DNA of 64,000 nucleotides from Bdellovibrionales bacterium (GTDB lineage: Bacteria; Bdellovibrionota; Bdellovibrionia; Bdellovibrionales; UBA1609): assembly GCA_965203095.1 (NCBI GenBank), contig OZ241877.1, forward strand, positions 1,716,580 through 1,780,579, read 5' to 3'. The notes under the pieces are model-generated. The model had not been told where the DNA came from. It searched no databases and saw only the letters and a list, made by a program, of their open reading frames with translations. This document shows positions 37,232 to 48,157 of this stretch, piece by piece (the stretch's first letter is position 1; the number at the start of each line of letters is the position of its first letter). Made by a program: the position numbers and the translations under genes.

Positions 37232-40200
37232 ATGTTGAAACTTCATGTGTTTTTTCTCATCCTGACGGGGTGGATACTGGCCTCTTGCACAACCGAGACA
37301 GCCGTTGTCAATCAAAGCGAGTTGAGTCAAATAGTGAGTCAAGCCGAAACAGGAAAAAAACCGAGTGAAATATCAGAAGAAGTGCGAAAAGTGATCCAAA
37401 ACCGATGTATCAACCGGCAGTTTAGGCAAGGCGATGCGGAAAATTTATACGGTAGAGAATGTATTGAAGGGAAACAAATTCTCATCCAAAGCTCTAAAAC
37501 GGGGAAAGAAGTCCCCACATTCACTGTCACCAGTTCAAATAAAGACCTTGGCATAGAGTTAGAAGGGGATTTGGATTTCACCAATAAATTTCATAAACTT
37601 TCATACACAATTTCTAAAGACAAAGGTAGTGACAAAACTATCCCTTGGCTGAGAGACTTACTTCCTGAAAACATAGATTTTTTAGGCCGTCCGGACACAA
37701 GTTATTCCATTGTTTTTAAAATTCAAGGAGATTATTTGGTCCTCTTTAAATCTTCTGAAAAACAAAATCATCTGCCCTATACTGAGAGAACTTCTATGTC
37801 AAAAGAAGGCGATCTTTATATGGTCCCTTTTATTGGTTATCCCATTCAATACTGTCACCCCCGTTTGCAAAAGGACGAAGATGGGGAGGAAAAATGGCTC
37901 AGTGAGTCCAACTGTGGGACCAACCAACCCGCAGAATCTGCAGAATACATATCCTTTTCAAAAGACAATAGACAATTTTATAAATATTTACCAAAAAATA
38001 ACCTTTTCCCTTCCAATTATTTTGAAGGGCGATGGATTTTTGCCCAAAGCCCTATTGAAACCCCTAACATGCAAGAAGTGTCCCCCTTTACAGCTTTTAT
38101 AGTGGATATGGAAAAGATGTCCAGCCAGTTAAACATTCGGAATGTCAGTGGAGATATTGATGAGAACCGTCAAAAAATCTTGCGACAAATCCCTGTGGAG
38201 TGGCTCAGTTTTGAAATGGATCGAGATGGGGACAGTTGGGGGCAGTTTGGGGAAAGAAAAACCAAACATAGCACTGTTTCAGATATTGAAAAACCCTATT
38301 TGAGAATCAAATTTGAAAATATGCAAGGCTTGTCCCCAGGGGAGAGTATTGAGAACTATATAGTAGTCCCCGGGCAAAAAGCGGATATTGTAAAAATAAA
38401 GCTCTCACAAGATGGGTTTTCTTATGTTTTTGAACAGGCTATACAAGGGCCTTGTAAGCGAAACACAACAGGGCAACCTGTATGTGAATCTGACGAAAAA
38501 GTGGATGCAAAAATCAGATATTCTTTTTTGAGGGAAAAGGCTTTGGATCAAGAGGGCTTTGTTCCCAGACGCTGGTTTAGGGATGAGCATGATCATATTT
38601 TTGGTGTAATTCCCGCATTCCCTCAAAAAGATTTTAAAATGGGGGAAACTTCTGAGATAGATAGATTAGACCATGCCCGGATGATGCGTTTTAATCTCTC
38701 TCTTAATAGTCCGGAGGAGAAGAGCAGTCGAACTAAAGAAATCGTTTGGCATTTTTCAAAAAACTCTACAAAGGATTCAGAGTATAGAGAGCTTTTTAGG
38801 CAAGCTGTTGCAACTTACGACAGAGCTTTTGAAATCATTATGGAAGGATCGGGCAAAAAAGTTCGTGTCCTTTTAGATGAGACAGAAGAAAGGGATCTGG
38901 GAGATCTTCAGGCCAATGTTCTGAATGCAGTGCACACAGGGATAGTCTCAAACACTGGTCTTATTGGCATGGCACCTTCCTACATACATCCCGAAACAGG
39001 ACAAACTATTGGCACCACAGTGAATGTTTACATACAAAATATAGAGCAAATCTATATCAATAAAGTAAAAGACTATATACGGTATGAGATTTTTCAAGCT
39101 GATAAAAAAGGGGGAGTATCACCTGTAAGCCCCTATTTAATAGGTAAAATTCAAGAACAGTGTGAGCAGTGTTCCCCCTGCCCTGAGGTGGACGCCTTCA
39201 TTAGACAAAAAAAGCGGAGCGGAGCAGAACCAAGGGATTACCTTGATGACAAAGAAATAACTGTTTCTTGTGGCAAAAAAATAGCCAGAGAGTATATATT
39301 GGCCAACATTATTCATGAAATGGGACACAGTTTTGCATTAGGGCATAATTTTAAAGGTTCTGTGGATAAAGACAATTACTATCAATCTATAGACGAACTT
39401 AAAGAATACTTTCCTACTGCTCAGGCAAAAAATGTGACTAAGTTATCCAGTGCCATGGATTACTCTCCATCAGATGCCCCGGAAATAACAGTCCTTGGAA
39501 AATATGATTTGGCCGCCTTGAGATTTATCTATAGGGATCAGGTAGAGACAAAAGACGGAACTTGGACTTCTCTAAGTATAGACCCTCTTGATCCGGCAAA
39601 ACATCAAATGATTGATGAAAACCTAATTTCAAACATGAAAAGCTACCAGCACTGTTCCGATTTTGTTGCTCAAAAGGAAAGACAACAAGATTTTTTATGT
39701 GTATGGCATGATTATGGTTCTAATCCTGAAGAAATAGTCAATGGCTATGTCGAAAAAGTGAAGAGGATATTTAGTAAAAGATATCGCTATGATTTAGATA
39801 ATTTTGATTTTTTAAAGAGGAACCAAACAGTTCCTCTCATGGTAGATTTTTATGTTAGGCATATCTTAAATTTTTATAGTCAATGGCTTTCATATAGAAA
39901 CAAGTATCTACAAGCCACAAATAACTTAGATAAAGTAAAATTTGTTTTAAACAGCGAAGAGGCACTGGAACAATACCACTCTGTCCTTCAAGAAGGCTTG
40001 GAACAAAAACAGGATACGGAATACGCACTCTATTACCCCATAAGGGAAATAGTCCCTCCCTTCATTATGGACTTCCTTTTTGCCTCATCCATGAAATGCA
40101 AAGTTCAACAAGGGGAACAGGTTTGGACATTAAATTTGGAATCCATAAGAAAGTATTTGGTTGATGAACACCATGAAAATCTGTATGTGGAAGACTGCTA

Positions 40201-41032
40201 CTCTCCTATGATAACTGATTTTTTTAACAAAAATGGGCTTACACTTAATGAGCAAACCGGTTTAAACATATTTAATAGTTATTATTCTGAAGGGACCAAT
40301 GCCTCCTTAAAAGATGTAGTCTCATGGTCCCACTTGTTTTCACGGGTCCACCGTCAATTTAGTAGCATGAGACCAATCTATTGGAATGCACTGAATGTAT
40401 TTGTTGCAGAACCTGATTTTTTCTCTCTCTTCAGAGATAAATTAGAACAAGAAATAAAAAACGAAGGCCATTCTGAATTTGATGTTGCAAAAAGGTTTAC
40501 TTTATTCACTGATTATTATCAGAGCCTAAAAAAAACTTTACCTCAAAATCAATATCACTCCCTTTATCAAAGTCATTTTGATGATTCTTCTCATGTTAAA
40601 TTTAGCTTGGGAACAGGAGAACAGTCATTTTATAAAAGATTTTTAGAGCCTTTTCAAAATGGCATGCCTGTAAAAGATATGGGTATACCTTTTCTTTCTA
40701 TGACTTTTAATAATTATAATAATTTAGGTAGCACCCATTTGTTTAATTTTCAAACATACTTAAGGCAAAGGGATGACACTATAGATCCCCATACCCACAG
40801 TATGGGAGCTAAAGGACAATCTGCAAATTATTTTATTATACCTAAAATGCCTAACAGTTTGGCGGCAGACATCATAAAAGAATACAATGCTCAAGCCAAA
40901 GAGTTGAAAAGGTTAAGAGCTTTAGAACAAACAAGAGAGTTATCTCCTTTAGAGAAAATTCTTAAAAGTGAAATCAAAATCAATAGTGAAAGTTTAATGA
41001 TGCTGGCTCAAATCATAGAATTTAGACATTAG
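37232..41032 (+). CDS. Large lipoprotein zinc metalloprotease (metzincin, HExxHxxxxxH; EcxA/DUF4953-like)
   Basis: AAGGAGG RBS before the ATG at 37232; lipobox ILASC; HEMGHSFALGHNFKGS; SSAMDY Met-turn; GKYDLAALRFIY. Confidence 0.85.
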   Translation: MLKLHVFFLILTGWILASCTTETAVVNQSELSQIVSQAETGKKPSEISEEVRKVIQNRCINRQFRQGDAENLYGRECIEGKQILIQSSKTGKEVPTFTVTSSNKDLGIELEGDLDFTNKFHKLSYTISKDKGSDKTIPWLRDLLPENIDFLGRPDTSYSIVFKIQGDYLVLFKSSEKQNHLPYTERTSMSKEGDLYMVPFIGYPIQYCHPRLQKDEDGEEKWLSESNCGTNQPAESAEYISFSKDNRQFYKYLPKNNLFPSNYFEGRWIFAQSPIETPNMQEVSPFTAFIVDMEKMSSQLNIRNVSGDIDENRQKILRQIPVEWLSFEMDRDGDSWGQFGERKTKHSTVSDIEKPYLRIKFENMQGLSPGESIENYIVVPGQKADIVKIKLSQDGFSYVFEQAIQGPCKRNTTGQPVCESDEKVDAKIRYSFLREKALDQEGFVPRRWFRDEHDHIFGVIPAFPQKDFKMGETSEIDRLDHARMMRFNLSLNSPEEKSSRTKEIVWHFSKNSTKDSEYRELFRQAVATYDRAFEIIMEGSGKKVRVLLDETEERDLGDLQANVLNAVHTGIVSNTGLIGMAPSYIHPETGQTIGTTVNVYIQNIEQIYINKVKDYIRYEIFQADKKGGVSPVSPYLIGKIQEQCEQCSPCPEVDAFIRQKKRSGAEPRDYLDDKEITVSCGKKIAREYILANIIHEMGHSFALGHNFKGSVDKDNYYQSIDELKEYFPTAQAKNVTKLSSAMDYSPSDAPEITVLGKYDLAALRFIYRDQVETKDGTWTSLSIDPLDPAKHQMIDENLISNMKSYQHCSDFVAQKERQQDFLCVWHDYGSNPEEIVNGYVEKVKRIFSKRYRYDLDNFDFLKRNQTVPLMVDFYVRHILNFYSQWLSYRNKYLQATNNLDKVKFVLNSEEALEQYHSVLQEGLEQKQDTEYALYYPIREIVPPFIMDFLFASSMKCKVQQGEQVWTLNLESIRKYLVDEHHENLYVEDCYSPMITDFFNKNGLTLNEQTGLNIFNSYYSEGTNASLKDVVSWSHLFSRVHRQFSSMRPIYWNALNVFVAEPDFFSLFRDKLEQEIKNEGHSEFDVAKRFTLFTDYYQSLKKTLPQNQYHSLYQSHFDDSSHVKFSLGTGEQSFYKRFLEPFQNGMPVKDMGIPFLSMTFNNYNNLGSTHLFNFQTYLRQRDDTIDPHTHSMGAKGQSANYFIIPKMPNSLAADIIKEYNAQAKELKRLRALEQTRELSPLEKILKSEIKINSESLMMLAQIIEFRH

Positions 41033-41072
41033 AGGGAATTATTTTAAATCCCCCCTTTCCCCTTTTACTGCT

Positions 41073-42053
41073 ATGAGAATTTTTCTATTTTTGTTTGTTT
41101 CCCTGTGGGTTGCTCCTCGGCTGGCTTTAGGTTTTTCTGAAACAGAGTTAAATTCTTTAGAGGCTACTGGTAAAAAACAAAGCTCTGTTAGCCCCTGGCG
41201 AACAGAGATCCAACTCCTCTTACAACGGAATTTGGATTTAAAAATCAGTTATGAGACTGTGGGAGATCAAAAACAGAGATCTCGTTTTGCTGGCTTGTTG
41301 GATTCAAAAAAAACCAGCTCCTTTGTGAATTTAGAAAATCTTTATTGGACTTTAAGCTTTGCCATAAACTATTCCTTATCAGATTTAAAATTTTTAAAAA
41401 ATTCGGAATTGTTTTTGGCAGGTTATCTCAATAACTCTTTAAAAGGCCAAAATAGCCATAAAGCAAAATATGATTACAAATACTATATGAGAGAATCTAT
41501 TGGAGACCTGCGATTGGGCCTAACAAGCCCCCTTTATGCGAAAAATAATTTTTTAAGCTATTCTTCCTTTTCCCTCCTGGCCCCTATCTCCCGATTTGCC
41601 CGTCGGGGAGGGCTAATTACAAGGTCCGAGGCCCGGATTGATCTTTTGTATTTTCTCACAAAAAAAGCAAAACAGAGCATATCTCTCTCATCAGGCCACA
41701 GTTTGTCTTACAGCCATTGGACAAAAAAAATAGCATCCCCAGAGGGGCAAACTTATAATATTCCCCTGGACAGCAGGCAAAACTTAAGTTGGATCTATAG
41801 GCAAAGCTATAGCCCATACCTCCCTCACAGCACAGCCCTTTCGGCAAGTTATAGCTTGGGGATCAATTATAAAAAATCCTTACTCCAAAATGTGGCATTA
41901 GGTGGCTCTCTTTCATGGAAGCTGAGGGATCGCCTTTATTTTGTTTTTTCCGCCCGGTGGAAGGACAGGGTGAAAAAAAACAAACCTCTTTCCGCCATTC
42001 GCTTTAAATGGCAGAAAACCTTTTTCAGTATAGGAACTTCCTTTTCCTTCTAA
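41073..42053 (+). CDS. Putative outer-membrane beta-barrel protein
   Basis: Signal peptide, alternating aromatic strands, C-terminal IGTSFSF. Confidence 0.6.
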   Translation: MRIFLFLFVSLWVAPRLALGFSETELNSLEATGKKQSSVSPWRTEIQLLLQRNLDLKISYETVGDQKQRSRFAGLLDSKKTSSFVNLENLYWTLSFAINYSLSDLKFLKNSELFLAGYLNNSLKGQNSHKAKYDYKYYMRESIGDLRLGLTSPLYAKNNFLSYSSFSLLAPISRFARRGGLITRSEARIDLLYFLTKKAKQSISLSSGHSLSYSHWTKKIASPEGQTYNIPLDSRQNLSWIYRQSYSPYLPHSTALSASYSLGINYKKSLLQNVALGGSLSWKLRDRLYFVFSARWKDRVKKNKPLSAIRFKWQKTFFSIGTSFSF

Positions 42054-42124
42054 CAAATTTTGCAGGAATATAGTCATTTTTGTAAATGTTCATTATTTCG
42101 CCGACAAAATTTAGCCTGAGTTTC

Positions 42125-42194
42125 TTTGTCCAAAGACCCGCCCCATTTCGGGACGGCAATCCCTTGGACCCTCATGGGGCGGGCTTTGGACAAA
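42125..42194. repeat. Dispersed hairpin element, type B
   Basis: TTTGTCCAAAG-A-CCCGCCCCAT, loop TTCGGGACGGCAATCCCTTGGACCCTC, then ATGGGGCGGG-CTTTGGACAAA. Confidence 0.85.
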
Positions 42195-42362
42195 AACAAC
42201 TAAAAAGTCCTCTATGAAAAACTTATGTCTTTTATAGCGTAAGCACCCCCCGGTGAGGATCTAAAGCCAATGGATTCCCATTTTCACGAAAAAGGCAAAC
42301 TTTGGAAAAAGATTAAAAAAACTTATGGACTTTTTGTGGGATGAGTAATATCATTCTATTTA

Positions 42363-42668
42363 ATGATTATCAGGAGATGGTTGGCCCCCCTTCACCCCAG
42401 TAAAGAGCAAATAGAATCCCTTTTTGAAAAAGACGGGCTGGAAAGTTTTGAGGAGGTTTTTCATCCTGGAGCTAAAATATCTAAACACCGTCACCCTTTT
42501 GACGAAGTTCGCATGATTGTCAAAGGGCGGTTGTTTTACAATGTTTCAGGAAATAAGATTCTCCTCAGGCCAGGGGACAAAATCGTTGTTCCCTCCAATA
42601 CCTTGCATTCTAAATCCACCTTAGGGGAAGGACCTTGCTTTTCTATATGTGCTTATCAAGCTTATTGA
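42363..42668 (+). CDS. Cupin-domain protein
   Basis: HRHPFDEVRMIVKG...LRPGDKIVVPSNTLHS. Confidence 0.9.
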   Translation: MIIRRWLAPLHPSKEQIESLFEKDGLESFEEVFHPGAKISKHRHPFDEVRMIVKGRLFYNVSGNKILLRPGDKIVVPSNTLHSKSTLGEGPCFSICAYQAY

Positions 42669-42708
42669 CCTCCATTTAGACGCCAGTGAAAAACCTTTAT
42701 CCTTTATT

Positions 42709-42777
42709 GCATAAGCAAAAGCCCAGCTTGTTCGCGGGAAAAATACCTTGGGCCCTCACCGCTGGCTTTGGGCAAAA
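42709..42777. repeat. Hybrid hairpin element (type A left arm and loop, type B right arm)
   Basis: GCATAAGCAAAAG...ATACCTTGGGCCCTCA...CTTTGGGCAAAA. Confidence 0.75.
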
Positions 42778-42816
42778 GAAGTTAAGAGGATACTTTTTTA
42801 CGGAGGACTATTTATA

Positions 42817-44097
42817 ATGTCTCAAAAAAAAGTTTTTGTTATTGAGGGTTTACGAAGCCCCTTTGTTAGAGCCGGGGCAGAATTTCAAGATCTACTTCCT
42901 GCTGATTTGGCCAGCCACAATTTAAAAGAGTTTTTATATAAAATGAATTTTCGAGGAGAGGAAATAGAGGAGCTTATCTTAGGTAATGGATTCACTTTGC
43001 CCGACTCTCTTAATGTGGCAAGGGTGACGGCATTGCGGGCGGGCCTTCCTCAAACTGTTTCAGCGGCCACAGTTTTAAGAAACTGTGCCTCCTCTATGGA
43101 GAGTTTTGTCACAGGGGCTTTAAAAATTCAGACAGGGCTTTGTGAGAGCCTGATTGTGGGTGGTGTGGAGAGCATGTCTAATATTCCTCTTTTGTTCAGC
43201 CAAAAATTAAGCCGGATCATTCAAAATGTGATAATGTCAAAAACATTAAAGCAAAAATTAAAAGCCATTACTTCTATTCGGCTAAAATATTTTCTGCCTG
43301 TAATGTCACTTTTAGAAAGTCTAAAAGATCCTTTCACTGGCTATCTTATGGGGGAGACGGCAGAGCTTTTGGCCAGAGAGTTTCATATCTCCCGGGAAGA
43401 TCAAGATGAATGGGCTTTGTTGAGCCATAAAAAAGCTTTAGCGGGAGTTTCCCGACTGAAAGATGAGCTTTTTCCCCTTTTCACAAGCTCTCAAGTGGTG
43501 GATTGTGACAAAGGCCCGCGGAGTTTTCTCTCTGAAAAAAGGCTATCTCAAATGCCACCTTACTTTGACAAAAAATATGGCTCTGTGACTATAGCCAACT
43601 CCTGCCCTATAAATGATGGCTCTTCACTATTACTTCTTATGTCTGAGGAGCGAATGAAAGGCTTGGGTCTAAAACCCATAGCCGAGGTCTATAGCTATCA
43701 TTTCACTGGATTAGAACCACAAAGAATGGGCTTAGGGCCGGTGTATGCCTCTTGCCATGCTTTAAAAAAGGTAAATCTCTGTTTAAAGGATATGGATTTA
43801 GTGGAGATTAACGAAGCCTTTTCCGCCCAGGTTTTAGCCTGTTTAAAAGCCTTTGCTTCTAAAAAATTTTGTATGGAAAAGTTGGGACAGCCCCAGCCCC
43901 TTGGAGAAATAGATCCGGAAAAATTAAATGTCAACGGTGGGGCGATTGCTTTAGGGCATCCTATTTCCGCCACAGGGGCACGGCTCATTTTGACTTTATC
44001 TAAAGAGATGAAAAGGCAAGGGAAGGAATGGGGCCTGGCCACTTTATGTATTGGCGGGGGCCAAGGGGGAGCAGTGATTTTAAAAGGGCAGGTTTAA
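42817..44097 (+). CDS. fadI: Acetyl-CoA C-acyltransferase (3-ketoacyl-CoA thiolase)
   Basis: GGAGG RBS before the ATG at 42817; RNCASS, GGVESMS, NEAF, GGAIALGHP and LCIGGGQG. Coupled to fadJ. Confidence 0.9.
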   Translation: MSQKKVFVIEGLRSPFVRAGAEFQDLLPADLASHNLKEFLYKMNFRGEEIEELILGNGFTLPDSLNVARVTALRAGLPQTVSAATVLRNCASSMESFVTGALKIQTGLCESLIVGGVESMSNIPLLFSQKLSRIIQNVIMSKTLKQKLKAITSIRLKYFLPVMSLLESLKDPFTGYLMGETAELLAREFHISREDQDEWALLSHKKALAGVSRLKDELFPLFTSSQVVDCDKGPRSFLSEKRLSQMPPYFDKKYGSVTIANSCPINDGSSLLLLMSEERMKGLGLKPIAEVYSYHFTGLEPQRMGLGPVYASCHALKKVNLCLKDMDLVEINEAFSAQVLACLKAFASKKFCMEKLGQPQPLGEIDPEKLNVNGGAIALGHPISATGARLILTLSKEMKRQGKEWGLATLCIGGGQGGAVILKGQV

Positions 44098-46175
44098 TGA
44101 GCATTCTTAAGTTGAGTGTCCGGGAAGATTCCATATATTGGTTGGAATGGGAGGCTAAAAACTCTTCAGAAAACCTTTTAACACTCCCCTTTATAGAGGA
44201 GCTGTCCTCTGTTTTGCAAAAAATAGAATCCTCCCCCCTTAAAGCCTTGGTCATGCTGTCCAAAAAAGAGCGATCCTTTTGTGCAGGAGCCGACATCAAT
44301 GAGATTCAAAAAATATCCAGCCCGGAGGAAATGAAAATGACCTTAGAGAAAATTCATTCCCTTTTCCATCGTTTAGAGAAATGGAATGGCTCAAAAATAG
44401 TGGCTATTCGAGGTTCTTGCTTAGGAGGAGGGCTGGAGCTGGCCCTTTGTTTTGATTACCGGCTCACAGCCGATTCTCCTGTCACAAAATTAGCTCTTCC
44501 GGAAACCCGGTTGGGCCTTATCCCTGGAGCTGGAGCCAACCTCCGTCTCCCTCGTCTTATCGGCTTAGGGCCGGCTTTAAATATGATACTTTCCGGAAAA
44601 AGCTTAAGCTCCAAACAAGCTAAGGCTGTGGGGCTTTCTGATGAAAATGTCCCCTCCCTTGTTTTAGAAAAAAGAGCTTTAGAACTGGCCCGGGAGGTAG
44701 TGAGAGGGAAAAGGCCCTCTCGATCCCAAAATTTTTATAAAAACCGAAAAGCCTTTTCTTTTTTTATGTCTGTCCTGTTCAAAAACATTTTTTGTTTTTT
44801 GGCCAAAAGAAGAGTTTTTAAAAAAACCTCTGGATTTTACCCTGCACCATTAAAAGCCTTGGAAGTGATACGAAAAACTTATAACTGGCACACTCTCTCT
44901 CAAAAAAAACTCCAAGTGGAGACAGAGGCTTTTTGTCGTCTGTTCCAAACTCCAACAGCTAAAAACTTAATGTATGCCTACAGTATCAGCCAGAAAGCTA
45001 AAAAAAAAGCTTTTATAGATCCTAATGAAGAGGAGATTACTAAGAGAACAGTCATCTCGCGTGTGGGGGTTGTGGGTGCCGGGGTTATGGGGCGATCAAT
45101 AGCTTTTCTTTTGGCAAACAAAGGGTTTAAAACACGGCTTGTAGATAATAATCGAGAAAAACTTTGTTCAGCCCTCAATTATGCAGAGAAACTTTGGGAT
45201 CGGCAAACAAAAATCAGCCCTTATGAATTGCAAGCCAAGAGGGACAATCTCTCCGTAAGTGATGGCTTTTCTGGTTTTCCCACATTGGACTTAGTAATAG
45301 AGGCCCTACCGGAAAATTTACAACTCAAGCAAAAACTTATTGGAGATATTTCTAAACACTTAAATCGGCAATGCCTTTTAGCCTCTAATACCTCCTCTTT
45401 AAATCTTGAAAAATTATCCCAACACAGTGCTCATCCTGAAAATTTTTTAGGCTTTCATTTTTTTAATCCTGCTCATGAAATGCCTTTAGTGGAGATCGCT
45501 TTAAAAAAGGAGCAAAAACATATAGCCCAGCCCTTGCAAAAATTTGTCCGAAAAATAGCTAAATTCCCTCTTTTAGTTAAAGATAGCCCCGGCTTTGTGG
45601 TCAACCGGCTTTTAGCTGTTTATCTAACGGAAGCTCTATGGCTTTTTGAGGAGGGAAATAATATTCCACTTATCGATAAAACATTTAAAAAGTTTGGCTT
45701 GCCTTTAGGCCCATTTCAGTTAATGGATAAAATCGGCCTGGACATTTGCACAGGCTCTATTTATAGCTTGTCTCAATCGGGTATTCATTTCCCAGTGCCT
45801 CAATGGATGGCAGAGTTAGTCCCTATTTTAGGCTTAGGGGAAAAGTCAGGAGAGGGCTTTTATATGCACAATAAAAAAATAGTTTTAAATCAAAAAACTA
45901 AAAATTTAAAAAGATCTTTCGCAGGTAAAGTTCTTTCTAAACAAATGATTGAAAGAGGGATTTTCCGGATGATCAATGAAGGGAAAAAACTGATGAAAGA
46001 AGATGTGCTCTCCTCAGAAGAAGATCTGGATCTGGCCCTTATCTTAGGCATGGGTTTTCCTCCTTTTTTAGGAGGACCTATGAAATATGCTGAAAGCTTG
46101 GGTCTCCCTCAAGTCCGAAAAACACTAAAAGAATTTTCCCAACGGTGGGGTCCCCGGTTTGAGCCTTGTTTTTAA
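44097..46175 (+). CDS. fadJ: Fatty-acid oxidation complex alpha subunit (enoyl-CoA hydratase / 3-hydroxyacyl-CoA dehydrogenase)
   Basis: TAATG overlap with the thiolase stop; FCAGADI, GGGLELAL, LPETRLGLIPG, GAGVMG, ASNTSSL, HFFNP and PGFVVNRLL. Confidence 0.92.
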   Translation: MSILKLSVREDSIYWLEWEAKNSSENLLTLPFIEELSSVLQKIESSPLKALVMLSKKERSFCAGADINEIQKISSPEEMKMTLEKIHSLFHRLEKWNGSKIVAIRGSCLGGGLELALCFDYRLTADSPVTKLALPETRLGLIPGAGANLRLPRLIGLGPALNMILSGKSLSSKQAKAVGLSDENVPSLVLEKRALELAREVVRGKRPSRSQNFYKNRKAFSFFMSVLFKNIFCFLAKRRVFKKTSGFYPAPLKALEVIRKTYNWHTLSQKKLQVETEAFCRLFQTPTAKNLMYAYSISQKAKKKAFIDPNEEEITKRTVISRVGVVGAGVMGRSIAFLLANKGFKTRLVDNNREKLCSALNYAEKLWDRQTKISPYELQAKRDNLSVSDGFSGFPTLDLVIEALPENLQLKQKLIGDISKHLNRQCLLASNTSSLNLEKLSQHSAHPENFLGFHFFNPAHEMPLVEIALKKEQKHIAQPLQKFVRKIAKFPLLVKDSPGFVVNRLLAVYLTEALWLFEEGNNIPLIDKTFKKFGLPLGPFQLMDKIGLDICTGSIYSLSQSGIHFPVPQWMAELVPILGLGEKSGEGFYMHNKKIVLNQKTKNLKRSFAGKVLSKQMIERGIFRMINEGKKLMKEDVLSSEEDLDLALILGMGFPPFLGGPMKYAESLGLPQVRKTLKEFSQRWGPRFEPCF

Positions 46176-46333
46176 TTTTGGTAAGTTTGTTCCCCAGTGA
46201 CGAAATACAGACAAAAAAGCTATAGCATTCCCCCTTATTTCATTTATTTGTCATTTATTTTTAAACTAAGGATTTTTATGGACAAGTCCCTCAAGAGGGA
46301 TATTATATTTCCTTTAACTTTTAAGGTAAAAAC

Positions 46334-48157
46334 ATGGTTTTTTATAAAGATAACTCTTACAAATTATTTTTTGTCGGCTTTGTTATTTTTTTCTCTTTTT
46401 CTTGTTGGGGTCACAATGCATTTCCTCATTCTGAAGTAGAAATATCGGCCTCTTTAAACATTCTTGAAAAAGCTGTTCTTTTATCTCCGGAGCTTTTACA
46501 TGCAACAAAGGAAAATTCAACTATCCCTTTTTATAAATCTGGCAAACATAAAATTTATTTGGACAGTGGCTTTTGGAATTTAACTCGTGCTTGGCTTAGG
46601 CTTTATATTGAGGAAATTGAAAAGCATTGTCGCTGTGATTTAGATCCCGACAAAATGGTTCAAGAAGTGCGAAACCATTGGCCTCAAGAAAGGTATTTAC
46701 AGGAAGAGGCCGAAGAGTATTTGCCTCAAAGTTTTTTTGATCAAAAAGTTTTAGCTCCCGTCAGGAACATGAGTCAAAAATGGATCAATAAAGGAGTGAA
46801 TGTAAGCAATAAAGGGGCTCATTTATCTTCAGAATACGGCTATACTGTTGCAGGCTTGAAAGCCTCTGCGGAGGTGGCCGAGACAATTTTATCCTTTTCC
46901 CTCGGAGGCTTAGGGCTTCATATCGCTTGTGGTGTGGTTGATGCTTTGATTATCGTTTGGGCCAGAAAATTTCAAAAATACATGAGAGTCTTTTCTTACA
47001 GCCGGAAAACAAGTATGAGCGGGATTATTCTCTCATTTAAAATGGCTTGGTTCTCTCATCAAATTAAAAAGAGCAGGAGAAGAGTTTTCTTCCACATAGA
47101 TCAAGCTTTAGTTTTTAGAGAAAATGAGTTAGAGAAAGTGAATGCACAAGGGCCTAAAAGTCTTTTTCATAGATCGGGCCATCGCCGGCTTTGGCTTGAG
47201 AGGCTAAAGAGAAAAACAGATCCCTTATTTGAGAAAATAGCTGAATGGGAATATCGTTTAACAAATGAAAACCTAAGTGCAAAAGAACATGCAGATATAG
47301 AGAGAAAAATAAAAAGAATCCGGCATAAGATAGAACATATTGCTCAAGTGAACAGAAAAGAGTTTTTTGGAATGCGATTTAAAAGATATTTATTGCTGAG
47401 ATCCAGAAAAGGCCGGATCAACTATACAAATGGGAAGGGGACAACAAGTAAAATACTGGGGAAAGATGTTTTATGGCCTATCTCTTTAGAAGAAAATATT
47501 TTAGAGAGAGTTTTAGAATCCTCTGTTGTCACTCCTTTAAAAAAAATCCCACCGGATGAGATTCGAGAAGGTTTAATTGAGGAATTTTTATCTCTTCACA
47601 CAAAAGAAGATGGCCCGGAGGTTTTTAAAGAAAAAACACAGGCGATTCAATTATTTTTACAAGATATAGAGATTATATTTAATACAAAAACCCCCACAGT
47701 GGAGCGTCTTATGCGAGCACGATCTATAGAAATGACTTTAGGAGCATTAAATGCTCATTACTTAAAAATAGCCTCAAATATTGTGCCTAAAAAATACAAT
47801 ATGTCTTTTTCAGGAATGCTCCGATGGCATTGGATTTTTGGTAAGTTCTCAAGAGAAATTCATGAATTTTCTGATTTTCTTGCAAGTATTGCCATTACAA
47901 AAAACAAAACAAAAATTCAGTTTTATAAATACGAATCTATGGAGAAACTGCTGGCCTTCTTCAACTATCTATCTGAATTTCATCTCCTGTTAAAAAATCA
48001 TTCTATAAATAAGGAAGAGTTTTTTCAAGCTTTAAAATTACAAGAGAAACACTTAAGATCCATCGCCTTATTGAGGGAAAAGAAAAGGGCCTTTAGCCTC
48101 ATGCCTTTTACAACGGGGCAAGCCCAGTGTTTAAAACTTGTGGAGAAATATCAATGA
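46334..48157 (+). CDS. Secreted hypothetical protein
   Basis: 607-aa ORF with a hydrophobic leader; no recognised motif. Confidence 0.7.
   Translation: MVFYKDNSYKLFFVGFVIFFSFSCWGHNAFPHSEVEISASLNILEKAVLLSPELLHATKENSTIPFYKSGKHKIYLDSGFWNLTRAWLRLYIEEIEKHCRCDLDPDKMVQEVRNHWPQERYLQEEAEEYLPQSFFDQKVLAPVRNMSQKWINKGVNVSNKGAHLSSEYGYTVAGLKASAEVAETILSFSLGGLGLHIACGVVDALIIVWARKFQKYMRVFSYSRKTSMSGIILSFKMAWFSHQIKKSRRRVFFHIDQALVFRENELEKVNAQGPKSLFHRSGHRRLWLERLKRKTDPLFEKIAEWEYRLTNENLSAKEHADIERKIKRIRHKIEHIAQVNRKEFFGMRFKRYLLLRSRKGRINYTNGKGTTSKILGKDVLWPISLEENILERVLESSVVTPLKKIPPDEIREGLIEEFLSLHTKEDGPEVFKEKTQAIQLFLQDIEIIFNTKTPTVERLMRARSIEMTLGALNAHYLKIASNIVPKKYNMSFSGMLRWHWIFGKFSREIHEFSDFLASIAITKNKTKIQFYKYESMEKLLAFFNYLSEFHLLLKNHSINKEEFFQALKLQEKHLRSIALLREKKRAFSLMPFTTGQAQCLKLVEKYQ

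Noticed and set aside
42748..42816. 5' extensions of fadI (from 42748) and fadJ (from 44028) in the ORF track
   Set aside because: The fadI extension begins in a repeat element, and a GGAGG precedes 42817. The fadJ extension overlaps fadI, and the TAATG coupling gives 44097.
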